Shown here: one piece after another, positions 12,279 to 21,296 of the stretch
How the letters are laid out: each line of letters begins with the position of its first letter
How positions within the stretch are numbered: position 1 is the first letter of the stretch
NCBI GenBank assembly: GCA_031398745.1
Contig: JANNNX010000078.1
Location: forward strand, 1 to 59,408
Direction of reading: 5' to 3'
DNA from: Actinomycetes bacterium
GTDB lineage: Bacteria > Actinomycetota > Acidimicrobiia > Acidimicrobiales > CADCSY01
DNA: 59,408 nt
The notes under the pieces: generated by a model
Database searches by the model: none
What the model was told of the DNA's origin: nothing
The model's input: the letters and a program-made list of their open reading frames with translations, nothing else
Translations under genes and position numbers: made by a program

Positions 12279-13082
12279 GTGGCCGCTGACTTGGGCCTGG
12301 CCGAATCCGCCGCAGTGCTGGCTGCCGGCCTCGGCGCCGGCTTCATCAACACCATCGCGGGATCCGGGTCGTTGTTGACCTTCCCGACGCTGCTGGCGCT
12401 CGGCATCCCGGCCCGGACCGCCAACATGTCCAACACCGTCGGGTTGGTGCCCGGCTCTCTCAGTGGAGTGGTCGGCTATCGACGGGAGCTGGTCGGCCAG
12501 GGACGGCGGCTGGCCGTGCTGGCGCCGGCCGCGGCCGTCGGCGGCATCGTCGGCGGGCTCCTGCTGCTGGTGCTCCCGGCCAGCGCCTTCGAGGTCGTGG
12601 TTCCGTTCCTGGTGGCTCTGTCGGTCGCCCTGCTGGCGGCCCAGCCCCGCTTGCAGCGCTGGCTCCTCGAGCGCCGCGGGGCCGCCGGCCAAACCAGCGA
12701 CGGCACGGCTGCCGACCAGCACCACGGCGCGCTGCTGGTCGGGTCGATCGGACTGGTGGCGGTGTACGGCGGCTACTTCGGCGCCGCCCAAGGGGTGATC
12801 TTCGTTGCCGTCCTCGGAGTTTTCCTGGTCGATTCGCTCCAGCGGATCAACGCCACCAAGAACCTCCTGGCGCTCATCGCCAACCTGGTGGCTGCGCTCC
12901 TCTTCGTCACCCGCGGGGGGATCGCCTGGGAGGTCTCGGGGCTGATCGCCATCGGATCGATCGCCGGCGGCCAACTCGGTGCCCACTTCGGGCGCCGCAT
13001 CCCGGCCGACACCCTCCGTCTCCTGATCATGGCCGTCGGCACGGCGGCGGCCGCCCGGCTCCTCTGGGGCCTGGCCGACTGA
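12279..13082 (+). CDS. TauE/SafE (DUF81) family sulfite/anion exporter
   Basis: 267-aa polytopic membrane protein with the two-repeat TauE architecture. GTG start. Confidence 0.7.
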   Translation: MAADLGLAESAAVLAAGLGAGFINTIAGSGSLLTFPTLLALGIPARTANMSNTVGLVPGSLSGVVGYRRELVGQGRRLAVLAPAAAVGGIVGGLLLLVLPASAFEVVVPFLVALSVALLAAQPRLQRWLLERRGAAGQTSDGTAADQHHGALLVGSIGLVAVYGGYFGAAQGVIFVAVLGVFLVDSLQRINATKNLLALIANLVAALLFVTRGGIAWEVSGLIAIGSIAGGQLGAHFGRRIPADTLRLLIMAVGTAAAARLLWGLAD

Positions 13083-13127
13083 GCGAGGGCCGTCGGGCGC
13101 CGGTCGGGCCCCTACGCTCGGCCCGAC

Positions 13128-13200
13128 CGGGGAGTAGCGCAGTTGGTAGCGCACCTGCTTTGGGAGCAGGAGGTCGGCGGTTCGAGTCCGCTCTCCCCGA
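13128..13200 (+). tRNA. tRNA-Pro (anticodon TGG)
   Basis: CGGGGAGTAGCGCAGTTGGTAGCGCACCTGCTTTGGGAGCAGGAGGTCGGCGGTTCGAGTCCGCTCTCCCCGA folds as a cloverleaf with a TTCGAGT T-loop. Confidence 0.85.
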
Positions 13201-13218
13201 CCGACCCTCCGGGGTCCC

Positions 13219-13290
13219 GCGGGTGTAGCTCAATGGCAGAGTCCCAGCCTTCCAAGCTGGTCATGCGGGTTCGATCCCCGTCACCCGCTC
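13219..13290 (+). tRNA. tRNA-Gly (anticodon TCC)
   Basis: GCGGGTGTAGCTCAATGGCAGAGTCCCAGCCTTCCAAGCTGGTCATGCGGGTTCGATCCCCGTCACCCGCT with a CTTCCAA anticodon loop. Confidence 0.85.
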
Positions 13291-13306
13291 TCACTGCTTG
13301 CGCAGG

Positions 13307-13810
13307 TCAGGCGCCGGCCGAGTCGGTGGACCCGGCCGGCGGTGGACCGGGAGACGGGCCACCGATCCCGGCCAGCCGGAACATCTCGGCGTTGGCCGGG
13401 TCGGCCCACACCCCGCTGAGCTGGATGCGGGTGAGGCGCCAACCGGCCTCCGTGCGGAGCACCCCGAACTGGTACACACCACCCTGAGGTGCCAGGAAGG
13501 TCGACCCGTCGGGTCGGGTGACCACGTGCTGCACCCACAGGTAGGCCGAGCAGCTGCCGGTGCCCGAGCCCGGGTCGATCTCGATCTCGTGATTGGTCAC
13601 GTAGTGCTGGGCGACCCGGGCGGACTCGATGCCGGCGAAGAAGTCGAGGATCGCCTGCCGGCCGGCGACCTCCCGACCGCCGAATACCCCCACGGCTTCG
13701 TCAGCCAGGACCGAGGCCATCAGCTCCCCGTCGGAGAAGTCGATGGCCCGGCAGTAGCCGTGGGTCAGTGTGGTGATGGCCAGCCAGTCCTCGAACAAGT
13801 CGTTGCTCAT
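13307..13810 (-). CDS. SnoaL-like / NTF2-fold protein
   Basis: The 167-aa core MSNDLFEDWLAITTLTHGYCRAIDF... has the NTF2-like pattern. The upstream extension in the track is likely spurious. Confidence 0.55.
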   Translation of the reverse strand: MSNDLFEDWLAITTLTHGYCRAIDFSDGELMASVLADEAVGVFGGREVAGRQAILDFFAGIESARVAQHYVTNHEIEIDPGSGTGSCSAYLWVQHVVTRPDGSTFLAPQGGVYQFGVLRTEAGWRLTRIQLSGVWADPANAEMFRLAGIGGPSPGPPPAGSTDSAGA

Positions 13811-13841
13811 GACAACCGAGTCGAGCACATCGTCGACTGGC

Positions 13842-14297
13842 TCAGTCGTGCTCGTGCCACGGTGGCGGACCGGTGTTGACGACGTGCTCCCGGTCGGCCG
13901 CGGTGATGGCCACGCCGAAGAAGATGGCCGATCGCTCGGGGTTGGGGTTGACGGCCCGGTGGATCTGGCCGATCGGCTCGGTATAGGCCTGTCCCGCCCG
14001 GTAGTGCTCGGTGCCATGGGCGTAGTGCAGCTCGACCTCGCCCTGCACGACCACGAAGAAAACCGAGCCGTTGTGGACGTGCCAGCCCACCTTCTTTCCG
14101 GCCAGCAGCTCCGAGGTGTAGAGCCCGACCCGGACCTCGGCGTCGCGGGGCAGTCGGTCGTAGATCTCGTTGTAGATCATGTGGCGCACGTGGGGCTGGC
14201 CCGGCGGGACCAGTCCCTCGAGACGAAGGCGCATGGCGTCCTTCTCGTCGATCCGCCACCACTCGCTGTCTGATCCATCACCCGGGATGCCGGTCAT
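13842..14297 (-). CDS. Cupin-domain protein
   Basis: The 151-aa core ...GWHVHNGSVFFVVVQGEVELHY... is a cupin beta-barrel motif. Confidence 0.55.
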   Translation of the reverse strand: MTGIPGDGSDSEWWRIDEKDAMRLRLEGLVPPGQPHVRHMIYNEIYDRLPRDAEVRVGLYTSELLAGKKVGWHVHNGSVFFVVVQGEVELHYAHGTEHYRAGQAYTEPIGQIHRAVNPNPERSAIFFGVAITAADREHVVNTGPPPWHEHD

Positions 14298-14390
14298 CCA
14301 CTCCCCTCTCGTCGCCGAGACATTCGACCACAGCGGCGCGCCCGTTACTGTCGCCGCGCTGCAATCGGAGCGCATCGACGATGGGAGGCC

Positions 14391-15305
14391 TTGGCGGTGG
14401 AGCTCGGATGGGTCGGTCTCGGGGTCATGGGCGGCCGAGCCGCCAAGCGGTTGCTCGATGCCGGGCACCAGGTGGCCGGCTACAACCGCACCGCGTCGAA
14501 GGCCGACTGGCTCGTCGAGCAGGGGCTCACGCTCAAGGCCAGCCCCCGCGAGGTGGCCGCCGCGGCCGACGTGGTCTTCACCATGGTCACCAACTCGGCC
14601 AGCCTCGAGCAGGTGCTGCAGGGGCCTGACGGGGTCTTCGCCGGCCTGCGACCGGGCGCCGTGGTGGTGGACTTCTCCACCGTCAGCCCCCGGGTGTCGA
14701 CCCGGTTGGCGGCCGAGGCCGATGCTCTGGGGGCTCGCATGATCGAGTCGCCGGTGTCGGGCAGCCACATCACCCTCGAGGCCGGCGAGCTCTCGGTCAT
14801 GACCGCCGGCGACGAGGCGACCTGTCGCCAGGTCGAGCCGATCCTCCTCGACATCGGTCGCAAGGTCACCTACATGGGCGACCACGGCCAGGCCCTGCTG
14901 ATGAAGATCGCCATCAACCTCCAGCTGCTGGTGCAGTTCACCGCCTACGCCGAGGGGCTGTTGCTGGCCGAGAAGGGCGGCATCCCCCGGGCTACCGCAG
15001 TCGAGGCGATGTTCAACTCGGTCATCGCCTCCCCGCTCATCAAGTACCGGGGCCCCAACGTCCTGCCCGGACAGCTCCCCCAGCCGGCGTGGTTCGACAT
15101 GCAGATGATGCAGAAGGACATGCTGTTGGCCCTCGAGCTGGGCCGCGAGCTGGACGTGCCGATGCCCACGACCGCCGCCACCAACGAACTGCTCACCGCG
15201 GCGCGGGGCATGGGCCTGGGTGACGACGACTTCTCGGCCGTGTTCTACGTCCTCGGCCAGATGGCCGGGCTGGCGGGGCCCGGCGAGGAGCGCCGCCAGG
15301 GCTGA
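14391..15305 (+). CDS. NAD(P)-dependent beta-hydroxyacid dehydrogenase of the 3-hydroxyisobutyrate/tartronate-semialdehyde/sulfolactaldehyde reductase family
   Basis: Rossmann motif GWVGLGVMG at the N-terminus and a conserved catalytic Lys region (LLMKIAINL). Confidence 0.75.
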   Translation: MAVELGWVGLGVMGGRAAKRLLDAGHQVAGYNRTASKADWLVEQGLTLKASPREVAAAADVVFTMVTNSASLEQVLQGPDGVFAGLRPGAVVVDFSTVSPRVSTRLAAEADALGARMIESPVSGSHITLEAGELSVMTAGDEATCRQVEPILLDIGRKVTYMGDHGQALLMKIAINLQLLVQFTAYAEGLLLAEKGGIPRATAVEAMFNSVIASPLIKYRGPNVLPGQLPQPAWFDMQMMQKDMLLALELGRELDVPMPTTAATNELLTAARGMGLGDDDFSAVFYVLGQMAGLAGPGEERRQG

Positions 15306-15316
15306 GTCCAGCCGCC

Positions 15317-15880
15317 TCAGCTCGTCGGGGCAGCCAGGAAGGCCCGGAACCGGGCGCCCAGGACCGCCGGGTCGTCGAGCAACCAGTCCACGCCGGCGGT
15401 GTTGCCCCCCTCGATGGTCACCACCAGGACAGTCAGCTCGCGGTTGTCGCGGGCCGTCACCAGGGCCTGGCGCAGACCGTCGGGCTCGTCGACCTCGACG
15501 GTCGTCAGGCCCAGCCCGCGGCAGGCGCCGGCCAGCGAGACCGACTCGGCCTGGCTGGGCATCAAGTCGGCCGACGCGTGCTGGTGGTTGTCGAGGATCA
15601 CGAGGGTGAGGTTGCCGGGACCCGCCGAGCGGATGGTGGCCAACATCTGGAACCCCATGAGCACGGCGCCGTCGCCCTCGACCACCCCGACCGGTCGGTC
15701 GGTGGCCAGGGCCACGCCGAGCCCCACCGGGCCCGCCAGGCCCATGGAGTCGAGGAGCGGGAGGTGCGAGTCGCGGCGCACGAGGGAGGCCAGCTCCCGG
15801 GCCGACGCACCGCAGGTGACGACCAGAGGGAGTCCTTCGAACACCTCCTCGATGACGGCCAGGGCCTCGATGCGCTTCAT
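15317..15880 (-). CDS. TPP-dependent decarboxylase beta subunit (ComE-like, sulfopyruvate/phosphonopyruvate decarboxylase family)
   Basis: TPP-binding C-terminal-type domain (GDGAVLMG....LTLVILDN). Its start overlaps the stop of the alpha-subunit gene. Confidence 0.7.
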   Translation of the reverse strand: MKRIEALAVIEEVFEGLPLVVTCGASARELASLVRRDSHLPLLDSMGLAGPVGLGVALATDRPVGVVEGDGAVLMGFQMLATIRSAGPGNLTLVILDNHQHASADLMPSQAESVSLAGACRGLGLTTVEVDEPDGLRQALVTARDNRELTVLVVTIEGGNTAGVDWLLDDPAVLGARFRAFLAAPTS

Positions 15881-16431
15881 TACCTCGCCTCCAAGCCGGG
15901 ATGGAGCAGGTCGAGGAGGGTGACCACCGGCCGATGGGTCATCACGGCCAGGGACGCCGCGGCCGACACCGTCGAGCGCCACAGCGGCACCGGATCGGCC
16001 GGGCCGAGGTGCTCGACACGGATGTCGACGGCGTGGAGGAGCGCCGGCACGTGCTCGGAGAAGACGTGGATCATGGCGTTGTACTCCCCCAACCCACCCC
16101 GGGTGTTGGCCACGATCGGCAGGCCCACGTGGTAGGCGGCGGTGAAGGTCGTCATCGCGGTGAGGGCGTTGCCGAAGCCGTTGTCCTGCATGACCACGGC
16201 AACCTTGACGCCGGCCAGCGCGAGCCCGCCGGCGATGCCCACCGCTTCCTCCTCGCGGTTGGCGAGGATGTCCCGCACGCCCCGTTCGGTCAGGAGTCGG
16301 ACGAGCGGGGCGTTGTGCGAGGAGGGGACGTGGACGAAGGTCTCGATGCCCCAATCGCCGAGGCCGTCGGCCGCGGCGTCGATGAAGGCGTTCGACGGCT
16401 TTGGCACTGGAACGACGTTACTCGCGGCCAC
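15880..16431 (-). CDS. TPP-dependent decarboxylase alpha subunit (ComD-like)
   Basis: 183-aa TPP-enzyme N-terminal pyrimidine-binding domain, adjacent to and translationally coupled with the beta subunit. Confidence 0.7.
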   Translation of the reverse strand: MAASNVVPVPKPSNAFIDAAADGLGDWGIETFVHVPSSHNAPLVRLLTERGVRDILANREEEAVGIAGGLALAGVKVAVVMQDNGFGNALTAMTTFTAAYHVGLPIVANTRGGLGEYNAMIHVFSEHVPALLHAVDIRVEHLGPADPVPLWRSTVSAAASLAVMTHRPVVTLLDLLHPGLEAR

Positions 16432-16954
16432 CCAGGCCCCCGGGGGGCATCACGGGAGGGGGCCCGGACAGGACGATGCGGCTCGGGCGGATGTAGAAGG
16501 CGACCCGCTTCTCGACCTTGGCCGGCACCATGTACCGGTCGATGCCGACGTAGCGGCGAGCCATGTCGTCGATCGTCTCGCGGGCCAGGTGGCCCTTGAT
16601 CGGGTCGGTCTCCTCGGCCACCTCGTCGACCTGGCCGTAGACGGTGACCCAGCGCATCGACATCTCGGGGTCGATGACCTGGATCGACACCTTGGGCGAG
16701 CCGCGCAGCGTGCGGTCCTTCACCCGGCCTATGGCGGTGTTGACGACGAAGTGGGTGTCGTCGTGGCCCCACCACACCGGCGTCGAGTGGAGCCCGCCGT
16801 TCGAGGTCACCGCGGTGACGGTGACGACGATGGGCCGGTCGATCAGGTCGCGGCTGTGCTCGGGAATCTCGGCCAGGGACTCGGCCAGGACCCGTTCGCC
16901 CACGGCCATCGAGCCTCCCGACGGGGGGGCGAGGACAGCGATCTCGAAGGTCAT
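16418..16954 (-). CDS. PPOX-class (pyridoxamine 5'-phosphate oxidase-like) F420/FMN-dependent protein
   Basis: Split-barrel pattern (...HSTPVWWGHDDTHFVVNT...RVAFYIRP). The track ORF extends over tRNA-Arg, so an internal start is used. Confidence 0.55.
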   Translation of the reverse strand: MTFEIAVLAPPSGGSMAVGERVLAESLAEIPEHSRDLIDRPIVVTVTAVTSNGGLHSTPVWWGHDDTHFVVNTAIGRVKDRTLRGSPKVSIQVIDPEMSMRWVTVYGQVDEVAEETDPIKGHLARETIDDMARRYVGIDRYMVPAKVEKRVAFYIRPSRIVLSGPPPVMPPGGLGGRE

Positions 16955-16998
16955 CGGCGCAGTCTGGCCGGCCGGCGGCCCCGGCGACGAACAACCGG

Positions 16999-17072
16999 CG
17001 CCCCCGGCAGGACTCGAACCTGCAACCACCCGCTTAGAAGGCGGGCGCTCTATCCAGTTGAGCTACAGGGGC
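16999..17072 (-). tRNA. tRNA-Arg (anticodon TCT)
   Basis: The reverse complement GCCCCTGTAGCTCAACTGGATAGAGCGCCCGCCTTCTAAGCGGGTGGTTGCAGGTTCGAGTCCTGCCGGGGGCG is a cloverleaf. Confidence 0.8.
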
Positions 17073-17145
17073 TCGGCCCCGAACATCGTGCCAGAGATGG
17101 CCTGACCGGCTGCCCGAGCCGGTGTGCCAAGATTGCCGTCCCCAT

Positions 17146-17223
17146 GGTGGCCGTAGCTCAGTCGGTTAGAGCGCCAGGTTGTGGCCCTGGAGGTCGGGGG
17201 TTCAATTCCCCTCGGTCACCCCA
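17146..17223 (+). tRNA. tRNA-His (anticodon GTG), with G-1 and an encoded CCA
   Basis: gGTGGCCGTAGCTCAGTCGGTTAGAGCGCCAGGTTGTGGCCCTGGAGGTCGGGGGTTCAATTCCCCTCGGTCACCCCA. Confidence 0.85.
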
Positions 17224-17256
17224 CCAGGGGCTCGGTGCAGTTGCCGGCCCCCACGC

Positions 17257-17331
17257 GCGCCTCTAGCTCAACGGCAGAGCAACGGACTCTTAATCCGCAG
17301 GTTCTGGGTTCGAATCCCAGGGGGCGCACCA
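17257..17331 (+). tRNA. tRNA-Lys (anticodon CTT)
   Basis: GCGCCTCTAGCTCAACGGCAGAGCAACGGACTCTTAATCCGCAGGTTCTGGGTTCGAATCCCAGGGGGCGCACCA. Confidence 0.85.
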
Positions 17332-17384
17332 CCACTGGACGACCACTCGAGGGCCGCGATCGGAAAGCTGGTGTGCCTCAGCGG

Positions 17385-19265
17385 TCAGATCTCGACGTGG
17401 GCACCGACCTCGAAGATGCTGTCGGCTGGGAGGTTGAAGAAGCGGGCAGCGCTGTCGGCGCCACGGTGGAGGAGGCTGTAGAGGTGCTCGAGCGGTAGGG
17501 GCATCCCCTCGAGACGGGTGGCCAGTACCGACTCGCGTCCGACGAAGTAGCTCGTCGTCTTCGGGTCGATGACGAGTTCGTCGCTGCTCAGCGTCGCGAG
17601 CGCAGCGGGCACATCAGGCTCTTCCATGAAGCCGTAGTGGATGACGATGGAGAACAGGCCGTTGGCGACTCGGTCGACATAGGCACGCTCACCGTCGTCG
17701 ACGCGGGGAACCTGATCGGTCACGACGGCCGCAACGATCGTCGTCTCGTGGAGAACCTTGTTGTGGCGGAGGTTGTTCACCAGCGCAGGCGGCACCATGC
17801 CGGGATCCTTGAAGAGGAACACCGCAGTCCCGGGCACGCGAGCCACCCCGTCGAGCTCGTCTGGCAACGAGTCGAGCCGCTGTTCGCCACGGCGAACCCG
17901 ATCGGCGACGAGCTGCCGCCCGCGCCGCCACACCGCCATCTGGAGGAGCAGGCCGACCGCGATGATCAGGGGGAGCCAACCACCGTCAGGAATCTTTGGG
18001 ATGTTGGCCGCCAGGAAGGCAACGTCGACGGCGAGCAGCGGCGCGACGACCAAGACGGCCTTGGCCGTCGACCACTGCCATCGATGGCGGACGACGACGT
18101 AGAAGATGACGGAGGTGATCACCATCGTGGCCGTGACCGCGATCCCGTACGCGGCCGCGAGATTGCTCGAGGACTGGAAGCCCAGTACGAGCCCGAGCGT
18201 GCCGATCATCAGAAGCCAGTTCACGAGGGGCACGTACACCTGCCCGTGATGCTCGCCGGAGGTGTGGCGGATGCGAACGCGCGGCAGGTAGTCGAGCTGC
18301 ACCGCTTGGACCGTGAGGGAGAACGCACCCGAGATGAGGGCCTGCGAGGCGATGACCGACGCCATGGTGGCGAGCACCGCGAGCGGGGTGATGGCCCACG
18401 TCGGTGCCATCGCGTAGAGGGGGCTCTCCACGGCCTCGGCATCGCCCAGAAGCAGGGCAGCCTGACCGAAGTAGTTGAGGACGAGCGCCGGAAGGACGAG
18501 TCCGTACCAAGCCAACGCGATCGGCCGGCGGCCGAAGTGTCCCATGTCGGCATAGAGGGCTTCGCCGCCGGTGACGACGAGGAAGATGCTGCCGAGCGCG
18601 AGGAACGCCTTACCCGGCTCCGCCTGGAAGAAGTAGAGGATGTTGATCGGGTTGAACGCCGCGAGGACAGAAGGATGTTCGATGATCTGTAGGAGCCCGA
18701 GGATGCCGAGAACGGCGAACCACACGACCATGACGGGACCGAAGACCTTCCCGACGGCGCCGGTACCGCGGCTTTGGGCGGCGAACAACCCAACGAGGAT
18801 CACGCAGGCGAGGGGCAGCACCCAGGCCTCGAACGCTGACGACGCCACCTCGAAGCCTTCGACGGCGCTGAGAACCGAGATGGCCGGCGTGATGAGCCCG
18901 TCGCCGTAGAGCAACGCAGTTCCGAACACGCCGAGAAGGACGATGCCTCCCGTCCGGCGGCGCCGGTCGCTGGGCATGACCAGCGCGGTCAAGGCGAGGA
19001 TGCCGCCTTCCCCGTGGTTGTCGGCACGCATGACCAACGCCAGGTACTTCACCGAGATGATGATCACCAGTGCCCAGAACGCGATGGAGGCGACTCCGAA
19101 CGCGTTCGTCGTGGACACGGCGAGGTCCTGATGCTCGAACGCCTCCCTGAAGGCGTACAGGGGACTGGTGCCGATGTCACCGAACACCACGCCGAGGGCA
19201 CCGAGGGCGAGCGTGACCGAAGAAATGCTGGCGCTGCGAGAGGTGGCATGCGCCATCGTCGACAT
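17385..19265 (-). CDS. kup: KUP/HAK/KT family potassium transporter
   Basis: LGALGVVFGDIGTSPLYAFREAF at the N-terminus with 12 TM segments. The likely start is MSTMAHATS, since the 668-aa track ORF over-extends. Confidence 0.88.
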   Translation of the reverse strand: MSTMAHATSRSASISSVTLALGALGVVFGDIGTSPLYAFREAFEHQDLAVSTTNAFGVASIAFWALVIIISVKYLALVMRADNHGEGGILALTALVMPSDRRRRTGGIVLLGVFGTALLYGDGLITPAISVLSAVEGFEVASSAFEAWVLPLACVILVGLFAAQSRGTGAVGKVFGPVMVVWFAVLGILGLLQIIEHPSVLAAFNPINILYFFQAEPGKAFLALGSIFLVVTGGEALYADMGHFGRRPIALAWYGLVLPALVLNYFGQAALLLGDAEAVESPLYAMAPTWAITPLAVLATMASVIASQALISGAFSLTVQAVQLDYLPRVRIRHTSGEHHGQVYVPLVNWLLMIGTLGLVLGFQSSSNLAAAYGIAVTATMVITSVIFYVVVRHRWQWSTAKAVLVVAPLLAVDVAFLAANIPKIPDGGWLPLIIAVGLLLQMAVWRRGRQLVADRVRRGEQRLDSLPDELDGVARVPGTAVFLFKDPGMVPPALVNNLRHNKVLHETTIVAAVVTDQVPRVDDGERAYVDRVANGLFSIVIHYGFMEEPDVPAALATLSSDELVIDPKTTSYFVGRESVLATRLEGMPLPLEHLYSLLHRGADSAARFFNLPADSIFEVGAHVEI

Positions 19266-19689
19266 GGGGGCGTCAACGTAGCGGTGCCCGTACGCGCCTC
19301 GTGCCGGCGTTCTCGGTCCGCAAGGTTCTGGCATCTCCAGCGTTGGCGTCGGGGTCGGCGGCGGGTGGGCGGTACGATCGCCGGCGATCACCGTGCCAAG
19401 AGACGATCACCCATCTCCTCGCTTCGCGGCCTTGCTGTTCGCAGCGGTGGCGGCGTTCGCTCTTCTCGTGAGCGGTTCGGGCGCGTCACTCGCCCCGGCC
19501 ACCGTGGCAGGCGCCGCACGTGAGGCTGTCCCGGACGATCTGGCACCCGGCAAGGTGACCTCCGAGCGCCGATCCGCTCGCGCCATCGGACGACTCTGGC
19601 CAGCGTCGTCCTTACGCCGGCCTCGTCGGTTGCCGCTCCGAGGCGGCGTCCCACATCGGCTGACACCCCTCGTCGCGATCTGGCGTAGC

Positions 19690-19931
19690 ACTCCCTTGCG
19701 CGGGCCGCCGCGCCTCGCGAGCACCTGAACCACCCCGAGGGCTCGTAACGACGGTCGCCGGCCTCCTCGACCGGCTAGGGCGACTCCCGGACGCGCCGGG
19801 CGACCACGTCACCGTCGGTGACTGGCACTTCACCATCACGCGCCTCGACGGCCACGCCCTCACCGAGGTCCGTATCAGCCGGTCGGACCCTCGGGACCTT
19901 CGGCCGTACGAACGCACGTCCTCATCGACCT
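19690..19931 (+). pseudogene. Remnant of a CorC_HlyC (transporter-associated) domain gene
   Basis: An open frame with no ATG translates as ...PRGLVTTVAGLLDRLGRLPDAPGDHVTVGDWHFTITRLDGHALTEVRISR... This is the characteristic C-terminal CorC/HlyC motif with no upstream CBS/DUF21 part. Confidence 0.4.
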
Positions 19932-19944
19932 GAACTGGAGACCC

Positions 19945-21078
19945 ATGCACTCCGTCTTGACCGCACCCGTCCTCGTCGCTGCAGGCGACACGGCTGAGAA
20001 CTTCGCCAGCTTCGACGTCCCCCCGTGGGCGTGGGCGGCGCTCGTCACCGCCATCATCGTGATGCTCGTGGTGGACCTGCTGCTCGTGCACCGCACCGCG
20101 CATGTCATCAGCATCAAGGAAGCAACCATCGAGTCCGCCATCTGGATCTCGATCGGTCTCGCCTTCGGCGTCGTACTCCTCGTCTGGCAGGGAGGTCAGG
20201 CCGGAAGCGAGTACTACGCAGGATTCCTGATCGAGAAGAGCCTGTCGATCGACAACGTGTTCGTCTGGGCCGTCATCTTCTCGTTCTTCGCCGTCCCCCG
20301 CGAGTACCAGTTCCGGGTCCTCTTCTGGGGCATCTTCGGGGCGCTCGTCCTGCGCGGCGTGTTCATCTTCGCCGGCGTGTCGCTCATCGAACGCTTCGAA
20401 TGGATCCTGTACATCTTCGGCGCCTTCCTTCTCTACACGGCCTGGAAGATCGCCCACCACGACGAATCCGAACAGGTTGACTACAACGCCAACATCGCCA
20501 TGCGCCTCGTACGGCGAGTCTTTCCCACCACCGACCGGTACGACGGACAGAAGCTGTTCACCAAGCAGAACGGCAAGCGGTTCGCCACACCCCTGTTCGC
20601 CGTGCTCGTCCTCATCGAAGCGACCGACGTGGTGTTCGCCGTCGACTCCGTGCCCGCCATCCTCGCGGTCAGCCGCGAACCGTTCATCGTCTTCGCTGCC
20701 AACGCCTTCGCCATCCTCGGCCTGCGCTCCCTCTACTTCCTGCTCGGCGGCATGCAAGGCAAGTTCCGCTACCTCAACGTCGGACTCGGCGTCATCCTCA
20801 CCTTCGTCGGCATCAAGATGCTCCTCATCGGCGAGCCCTTCGAGGTCCACCTGCCGACCTACGTCTCGCTCAGTGTCATCGCCGCCGTGATCGCCATCTC
20901 GGTCATCGCATCCCTGCGCGCCGACGCTCAAGACCGGCGAAACGGCGTGGACGTCCCGGCCGGGCCTCCGGTACACGACACCGTCGGCGCCGAAGAGCCC
21001 GGAGGAATGGATCCGTCCCGTGACGAAGGCCCCGGCCACGACGAGCCCAGTGCCGACAGAGAGGTCCACCGGCGATGA
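19945..21078 (+). CDS. terC: TerC-family integral membrane protein
   Basis: 377 aa with conserved TerC motifs (LIEKSLSIDNVFVWAVIF, DSVPAILAV). Confidence 0.85.
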   Translation: MHSVLTAPVLVAAGDTAENFASFDVPPWAWAALVTAIIVMLVVDLLLVHRTAHVISIKEATIESAIWISIGLAFGVVLLVWQGGQAGSEYYAGFLIEKSLSIDNVFVWAVIFSFFAVPREYQFRVLFWGIFGALVLRGVFIFAGVSLIERFEWILYIFGAFLLYTAWKIAHHDESEQVDYNANIAMRLVRRVFPTTDRYDGQKLFTKQNGKRFATPLFAVLVLIEATDVVFAVDSVPAILAVSREPFIVFAANAFAILGLRSLYFLLGGMQGKFRYLNVGLGVILTFVGIKMLLIGEPFEVHLPTYVSLSVIAAVIAISVIASLRADAQDRRNGVDVPAGPPVHDTVGAEEPGGMDPSRDEGPGHDEPSADREVHRR

Positions 21079-21296
21079 CAAGGGAGCTCCTGGGGCGTGG
21101 TAGTTGACCAGCACGTTTGTGGCACGGAGGTCATCGCTCTGCGACGTCATCGACCCACGCGGGTGACGATCTCGCTGCGGTCGCTGCCTCCCCGCGTCGT
21201 CACGCGGACGTAACAGACCGGACCACGAACCGACACGGTCCTTACCTACGTTCCGCCGCTCGTACACATCCGTACGGGATCGAAAAGGGAGCGTAA

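Noticed and set aside
16999-17331. The tRNA Arg/His/Lys cluster and tRNA-Leu at 56321 as genomic-island integration sites
   Set aside because: There is no integrase, no direct repeat of a tRNA 3' end, and no adjacent mobile genes. The RHS island is not next to a tRNA.
19266-19400. c-di-AMP (ydaO-type) riboswitch upstream of kup
   Set aside because: I recognised no conserved ydaO motifs by eye. It would need a covariance-model scan.
19700-19944. yybP-ykoY Mn2+ riboswitch upstream of terC
   Set aside because: It would be expected, because TerC genes are often Mn-riboswitch regulated. I could not find the conserved motifs, and the region instead encodes the CorC-like remnant.
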